DNA of 64,000 nucleotides, taken from NCBI GenBank assembly GCA_963779415.1, contig CAVZYA010000001.1, positions 192,001 through 256,000 on the forward strand, read 5' to 3'. The DNA comes from an uncultured Acidobacteriota bacterium (GTDB lineage Bacteria; Acidobacteriota; Thermoanaerobaculia; UBA5066). This document shows positions 59,170-64,000 of the stretch, one piece after another (within the stretch, counting starts at the first letter, position 1; each line of letters opens with the position of its first letter). Position numbers and translations under genes: made by a program. Below the pieces are notes generated by a model. The model did not search any database, had not been told where the DNA came from, and saw only the letters and a list, made by a program, of their open reading frames with translations.

Positions 59170-61875
59170 TTACCGATCGGCGACGAGGCGCTGAAGCTCA
59201 CGGCCCCAGCCGAGGACCAGAACGGTTCGACGGTTGTCGCCCTGCTCGCCGACGAGCCGACGTACCAGAAGGCGCCCGTCCCTGGCCACGACGGCACCCT
59301 CGCTGAGGATATCGACGTTCTCGACCGCGGAGACCGAAAGGCGGCCGAGCTCGAACACCTCGCCTTTCGGCTCCACCTCCCGCCTGCAGAGCCCCTTGCG
59401 CGACCAGTAATAGACCGCCCGTCCGTCTGGCGACCAGAGCGGTTTCACGCCGCCCCCCTCGGAGATCTGCCAGCGGCCCCCCGGACCGGAAAACGCGCGC
59501 ACGTAGATCTCGTCGGCCCCCGAATCGTCCGACTGATACAGCACCCATCGCCCGTCAGGCGAGAACACCGCCGCGCTCTCGTTCGCCGGCGTCTGCAGGA
59601 ACGGCTCGGGGGCGCGGCTCGAATCGTGGGGCCACGCCACGAAGATGTCCGCGTGCGTCTGGGGTGACAGCTCCGTGATCAGCAGCGCGCCGCTTTTCGA
59701 CCAGGAGGTCGGGAAACGCATGTTGGGGCTGGAGGCGAACGGGACCGGATCGCCGACGCCGTCCGCCCGCACCTTCGCGAGCCTGTACCCCGAGCCCTCG
59801 CCGATGAAGCAGTAGGCGATAGACGAACCGTCGGGGCTCCAGACCGGGTTCCTTTCCCTGCCTCCGAACGTCAGCCGGCGGCGACTGCCGGTCGCAAGGT
59901 CGAAGATCCAGAGATCGGACCGCCCGCCCTGGCGCAGCTGAAGGGCCAAGGAGCGGCCGTCCGGCGCGAGCGCCGGCGTGTCGTAGGGTCCGGGCGCGCC
60001 GCCGACCTTCTCGAAGGCGCCGCTCCTGGGGTCGTACCACGAGAGCTGGACCGTTTCCGCGGAGCCGCCCCGAGCGGAGTAGACGAGCGTCCCGTCGTCG
60101 GCGACGTCGAACTGCGCGCCGCCGTTCAGAGTCGCGTACGCGACGTCGTCGAGGACACGCACCGGCGGACTCGTCAGCCGTCCCGCCCGCGCGTCCAACG
60201 ACGCCGCCCAGATCACGTTGTCGCGCGCGAAGAGGAGCTTCCCGCGCGCGGCGCGCGGATAGCTTCCGCCCCGATACACGGCGGTGCGCTTGCGGGTAAC
60301 GAGATCCAGCATCTCGATCGTTCCCTCGTCGTATCGCTGCCCTACGTTCTGCGCGAGGAAGAGGACGCGATGGGTCCCTCGAACGAAGAACGGCCAGCGG
60401 TGCGAGCGCTCGCCCTGCTTCTCGTCGGGAGCGGTCAACCTTTCGGGAGTGCCCCCCGCCGCAGGAACGCGCCAGAGGCCCCCCGACACGTCGCGGTTGT
60501 AGATGACGAAGCCGTCGTCGCTGAAGGTCACTCCGCGCGGCTCGCCGACTTCGGCCAGTCGCTGGGGCGCGCCGCCGCTGACGGGGACCCGGAGGAGAGA
60601 TGTCGGACCGAAGAACGCGAGTTCGCGCCCGTCGGGCGAGAAGGCGAGATCGTGGGCGCCCTCGGTTCCCTCGAGCCGCCGAACCACGCCGGAATCGAGA
60701 TCACGCACCAGGATCCGGCTCTCGGTTTGCCGACCGCCGACCCAGGCGATCCGTCGGCCGTCAGGCGAGAGGACGACGGCCGCGCCGACGCTCATGACGA
60801 GCCGGTCCTCCCCGAGGTCGAGCGGGAGGATCGTGGGGGCCATGACGTCGCCCCTCTGGCCGGCCGTGAACCGGGAGACGACCCAGCCGGCGCCCGCGAG
60901 GACGAGCAGAGCCCATGGCAACGCCTGTCGCCATCCCGGCGCGCGCCGGGGAGCGGCTCCCGCCGGAGCGGCCACGGCATCGACGCTTTGGCCCGAGAGC
61001 ACCTCGTCGATCACGATTCGCGCGTCGGCGATGTCGTGAAGGCGGTTCCTGGGATTCCGTTCGAGGCAGCGACGGAGGAGCTGCCGGATCGCGGGCGGCG
61101 TCGGCCCCGGCAGGGCGTCGAGATCGGGTGGGCGCGTCAGCACCAGCGCCAGGGTCTCGGGCACCGTCGGCGCCTCGAAGAGCCGCTTCCCCGAGAGCAT
61201 TTCGAAAAGCACGGCGCCGAACGCCCAGACGTCCGCTCGCCTGTCGACGGACATTCCCTTGGCCTGTTCGGGCGACATGTAGGCGGCGGTCCCGAGGATC
61301 ACGCCCTGCATCGTCGCGCCGAGCGTCAGCGTCGGGGAGGCCGCGAGCTGCGAGGCGGACGGCTCGCCCGAAGCCGCTCCGACCGGGTCCATTGCCTTCG
61401 CCAGGCCGAAGTCCAGGACCTTGACCTTGCCGTCCGCGGTGACCTTCACGTTCTGGGGCTTGAGGTCGCGGTGAATGATCGCCTTCTCGTGCGCTTCCTC
61501 GAGTGCCTCGGCGATCTGACGAGCGAGAGAGAGCGCCTCTTCGAGTGGAAGAGGGCCGGAGGAAATCCTCCTGGTGAGGTCTTCCCCCTCGACCAGCTCC
61601 ATGACGAGGATATGGCGAGCGGGAGGGCCGGAGATTTCCTCGAAGGAATGGATGGCGGCGATCCCCGGATGGTTCAGGCTCGCCAGCGTGCGCGCCTCGC
61701 GCTCAAACCGCAGCCGCCTCTCGTCGTCTTCGAAGAATTTCTCCGGCAGCACCTTGATCGCGACCTGTCGCTCGAGCTTCGTATCCGTGGCGCGGTAGAC
61801 CTCGCCCATGCCGCCTTCGCCGAGCTTGGCGGTGATGCTGTAGTGGGCGAGGCGGGCGCCGGGTGCGAGGGCCAT
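59170..61875 (-). CDS. Ser/Thr protein kinase with TM helix and TolB-like PD40 propeller
   Basis: GEGGMGEV, HRDLKPQN, DFG, GTAAYMSPEQ; multiple SPDG repeats. Confidence 0.95.
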   Translation of the reverse strand: MALAPGARLAHYSITAKLGEGGMGEVYRATDTKLERQVAIKVLPEKFFEDDERRLRFEREARTLASLNHPGIAAIHSFEEISGPPARHILVMELVEGEDLTRRISSGPLPLEEALSLARQIAEALEEAHEKAIIHRDLKPQNVKVTADGKVKVLDFGLAKAMDPVGAASGEPSASQLAASPTLTLGATMQGVILGTAAYMSPEQAKGMSVDRRADVWAFGAVLFEMLSGKRLFEAPTVPETLALVLTRPPDLDALPGPTPPAIRQLLRRCLERNPRNRLHDIADARIVIDEVLSGQSVDAVAAPAGAAPRRAPGWRQALPWALLVLAGAGWVVSRFTAGQRGDVMAPTILPLDLGEDRLVMSVGAAVVLSPDGRRIAWVGGRQTESRILVRDLDSGVVRRLEGTEGAHDLAFSPDGRELAFFGPTSLLRVPVSGGAPQRLAEVGEPRGVTFSDDGFVIYNRDVSGGLWRVPAAGGTPERLTAPDEKQGERSHRWPFFVRGTHRVLFLAQNVGQRYDEGTIEMLDLVTRKRTAVYRGGSYPRAARGKLLFARDNVIWAASLDARAGRLTSPPVRVLDDVAYATLNGGAQFDVADDGTLVYSARGGSAETVQLSWYDPRSGAFEKVGGAPGPYDTPALAPDGRSLALQLRQGGRSDLWIFDLATGSRRRLTFGGRERNPVWSPDGSSIAYCFIGEGSGYRLAKVRADGVGDPVPFASSPNMRFPTSWSKSGALLITELSPQTHADIFVAWPHDSSRAPEPFLQTPANESAAVFSPDGRWVLYQSDDSGADEIYVRAFSGPGGRWQISEGGGVKPLWSPDGRAVYYWSRKGLCRREVEPKGEVFELGRLSVSAVENVDILSEGAVVARDGRLLVRRLVGEQGDNRRTVLVLGWGRELQRLVADR

Positions 61876-62018
61876 CTTCGGTCGGCTCGATCCCGAGTTT
61901 AGCCGCTGGCCGAGGGAGAGAAGGTCCGGCGCCTGCCAATTCCGAGACTGCATCTCAAGAAAGGTTGACCCCCGGAGCCGTCTCCGCATAGGCTGGGCCC
62001 CGCGAAAGGGGACCTGAA

Positions 62019-62507
62019 ATGGCTACCAAGAAGACTTTGAAAAAGGGTTCGGCCAAAAAGCCGGCGAAGAAGGCCGCGGCGCGCCCGAAGAAAGCCCGGG
62101 CGACGTCCGGGGCGATGAACCTGTGCGAGGTGTCGCCGAGCTTCACCGTGAACGACCTCGGGAAGAGCCTCGCCTGGTACCGGGACGTCCTCGGGTTCGA
62201 GGTGGAGGAGCGGTACGAGCGCGAGGGGACGCTGGTCGGGGTCGGCCTCCGGGCCGGCGACGTCTTCCTGATGCTGGGCCAGGACGACTGGAAGAAGGGG
62301 CGCGACCGGAAGAAGGGAGAGGGCTTCCGGATCTACTGCATGACGACGCACGACGTCGACGCGATGGCGAAAAGGATCCGGGCGGCCGGAGGGACGCTCG
62401 ACCAGGAACCGCGCGACCAGCACTGGGGGATGCGCGACTTCTCGCTGACGGATCCCGACGGATTCAAGATCACGATCGCGGTGGAACTGAAGAAGCGTCG
62501 GGGCTGA
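62019..62507 (+). CDS. VOC/glyoxalase family protein with Lys/Ala-rich N-terminal tail
   Basis: WYRDVLGF, WGMRDF, DPDGF. Confidence 0.88.
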   Translation: MATKKTLKKGSAKKPAKKAAARPKKARATSGAMNLCEVSPSFTVNDLGKSLAWYRDVLGFEVEERYEREGTLVGVGLRAGDVFLMLGQDDWKKGRDRKKGEGFRIYCMTTHDVDAMAKRIRAAGGTLDQEPRDQHWGMRDFSLTDPDGFKITIAVELKKRRG

Positions 62508-62604
62508 AGCGGATCTCGGGCCCGCCGTCGGGGAGTAGTCTTCCAACGGGCCGACGCGGCGTCGTCCGTATCTGCGGAGAGTGCGCGGCCCGCAGGAGGA
62601 CGAG

Positions 62605-63147
62605 ATGGCATTCAACCTGAAAGGGACGAAGACCGAGAAGAACCTGAAAGAGGCCTTCGCGGGGGAGTCGATGGCCCGAAACAAGTACACCTTCTTCGCC
62701 GGCGAGGCGCGGAAGACCGGGTACATCGAGATCGGCAACGTCTTCGAGCAGACCGCGAACGAGGAGAAAGAGCACGCGAAGAGGATGGCGGGGTTTCTCG
62801 ACCTCCTCGCGACGACCGAGAGGAACCTCGAGTCGTGCATCGCCGGCGAAAACATGGAGTGGACGGACATGTACGTCCGCTTCGCCCGCGAGGCCGCGGA
62901 GGAAGGGTTCGGCGGCATCGCGAACTTCTTCACGAAGCTGGCCGAGATCGAGAAGGGCCACGAGATGCGCTACCGGAAGCTCCTCGAGCAGCTGAAGTCG
63001 GGGACGGTCTTCAAGCGGGGCAAGGAGGTCTACTGGTACTGCACGAACTGCGGGCACGTCGAGAAGGGGCTGGAGGCGCCGAAGGCGTGCCCCGTCTGCG
63101 CCCACCCGCAGGGCTACTTCAAGGCCCTCGTGGAGATGGCAGCCTGA
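62605..63147 (+). CDS. rbr: Rubrerythrin
   Basis: [31 protein letters not shown]. Confidence 0.95.
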   Translation: MAFNLKGTKTEKNLKEAFAGESMARNKYTFFAGEARKTGYIEIGNVFEQTANEEKEHAKRMAGFLDLLATTERNLESCIAGENMEWTDMYVRFAREAAEEGFGGIANFFTKLAEIEKGHEMRYRKLLEQLKSGTVFKRGKEVYWYCTNCGHVEKGLEAPKACPVCAHPQGYFKALVEMAA

Positions 63148-63226
63148 GCCTCGGCGATCCCTGCAAAGGATCGCCCGGAAGGACGAGGCTTCACAAAAGG
63201 GGGTCGCACGGCCAAGCATGGGATGC

Positions 63227-63267
63227 GGTTCAAGGGGTCGCGACCTCGAATCCCGCGGTCCCGACCA
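63227..63267 (+). repeat. Degenerate 3' half of tRNA-Pro (attR-like)
   Basis: 37/41 identity to 56003-56043. Confidence 0.85.
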
Positions 63268-63395
63268 ATGTTCGAGGGCGCGGATCTTCAGCGTGGTCCG
63301 GGCGAGGGTCTCGGCAGGGCTGAGAGCGGTGAGGACGCCGACGCCTGACCCGTCGGCATGAGCACGTCCAGAAGAAGTACGGCCGCGGTTGAGGG

Positions 63396-64000
63396 TCACG
63401 CCGACTGAGCGGCGAGCGAGCCGGGGAGCATCGAAGAAGAGACCGGAAGGACCGGGGCCTGGTGGTCACCGCTCCGGCTTTCGAGAGACGCTGCTGGCTC
63501 CTGGGCGTTCAGATAGGCGTGGTGGTCGTGGGAGAGGGCGCCCTCCGGAAGCCAGCGCCAGAGCGGCCCGAGATCCCGCTTCACCTGCTCGACGTAGAAG
63601 CCCGGTAGTTCGCCCGTCGACTGGCCGAAGAAGGCGTCGACCTGTGCGTCCGTCTCGAGCCGCCGCCGAAGGTCCGAATAGTGACGGAGACGGCCGAACC
63701 CTTCCGACGAGATGGCACGGAGCGCGTTCAGCCACCGGGGCATCGTGGCCTTCGTCGCCTGGAAGCGCTTCGCAATCGCCGGCCAGGAAAAGGTGTACTT
63801 CGTCAGCCCGATGACGTGGTCGTAGAACTCCGGCCACGCGTAGTTCCGCGGCCTCACGTTCATCGCGCGGTTGTTGTCGAGGAAGTGGAACGGGAAGGGG
63901 AGGACGCGCCCGGCCTTCTGGTACTCGATGTTGAGCGGCGCAGCCCGGCCGAAGGCGGAGAGAAGCGAGTAGCCCGGAAAGGCGCCCGGCGACAGGTCGA
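63396..64000 (-). CDS. C-terminal part of a probable radical SAM protein (runs off window)
   Basis: Open to window edge; FPGYSLLSAFG, PFPFHFLDNN segment; CxxxCxxC motif not visible here. Confidence 0.55.
   Translation of the reverse strand, partial: DLSPGAFPGYSLLSAFGRAAPLNIEYQKAGRVLPFPFHFLDNNRAMNVRPRNYAWPEFYDHVIGLTKYTFSWPAIAKRFQATKATMPRWLNALRAISSEGFGRLRHYSDLRRRLETDAQVDAFFGQSTGELPGFYVEQVKRDLGPLWRWLPEGALSHDHHAYLNAQEPAASLESRSGDHQAPVLPVSSSMLPGSLAAQSA

Noticed and set aside
61962-61995. Third REP copy (GGTTGACCCC)
   Set aside because: Lacks the full palindrome; fits a TTGACC-N17-TAGGCT promoter for the VOC gene
63227-63267. Second functional tRNA-Pro
   Set aside because: No 5' half or D-arm, and T-arm mutated; treated as an att-like remnant

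Overview
High-GC bacterial chromosomal segment whose gene content resembles Acidobacteriota, possibly Thermoanaerobaculia (inference, not database-checked). In order: AI-2E transporter, PD40 propeller, coiled-coil methyltransferase + two GT4s; ffh-rpsP-rimM-trmD-rplS-rnhB + SgmX-like TPR protein; deoxyhypusine synthase-like gene; orphan oppDF; tolC-Yip1-ABC ATPase; an accessory ECF sigma/anti-sigma/DUF4097/TlpA/serine hydrolase block; a split complex I operon (nuoA-E-F-G-H-J-K-L-M-N-rex) with a Rex box; a GT2/deacetylase/AT/FabG/ACP/FabZ lipid cluster; tRNA-Leu-rnr-der-merR; a selenocysteine formate dehydrogenase operon; tRNA-Pro followed by 200-bp tandem repeats of its 3' end and a ~7 kb integrase-less island ending in a degenerate tRNA half. 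Many conserved genes carry single-base frameshifts, most likely assembly errors. The most unusual signal is an AT-rich motif (about GATCTTCTTAGAAGGTGAAGA) that occurs as inverted pairs inside three unrelated coding sequences (nuoG, the FabD-like gene, rnr). It is read in different frames and sits in locally AT-shifted codon patches, pointing to a DNA/RNA-level element hidden in coding sequence.
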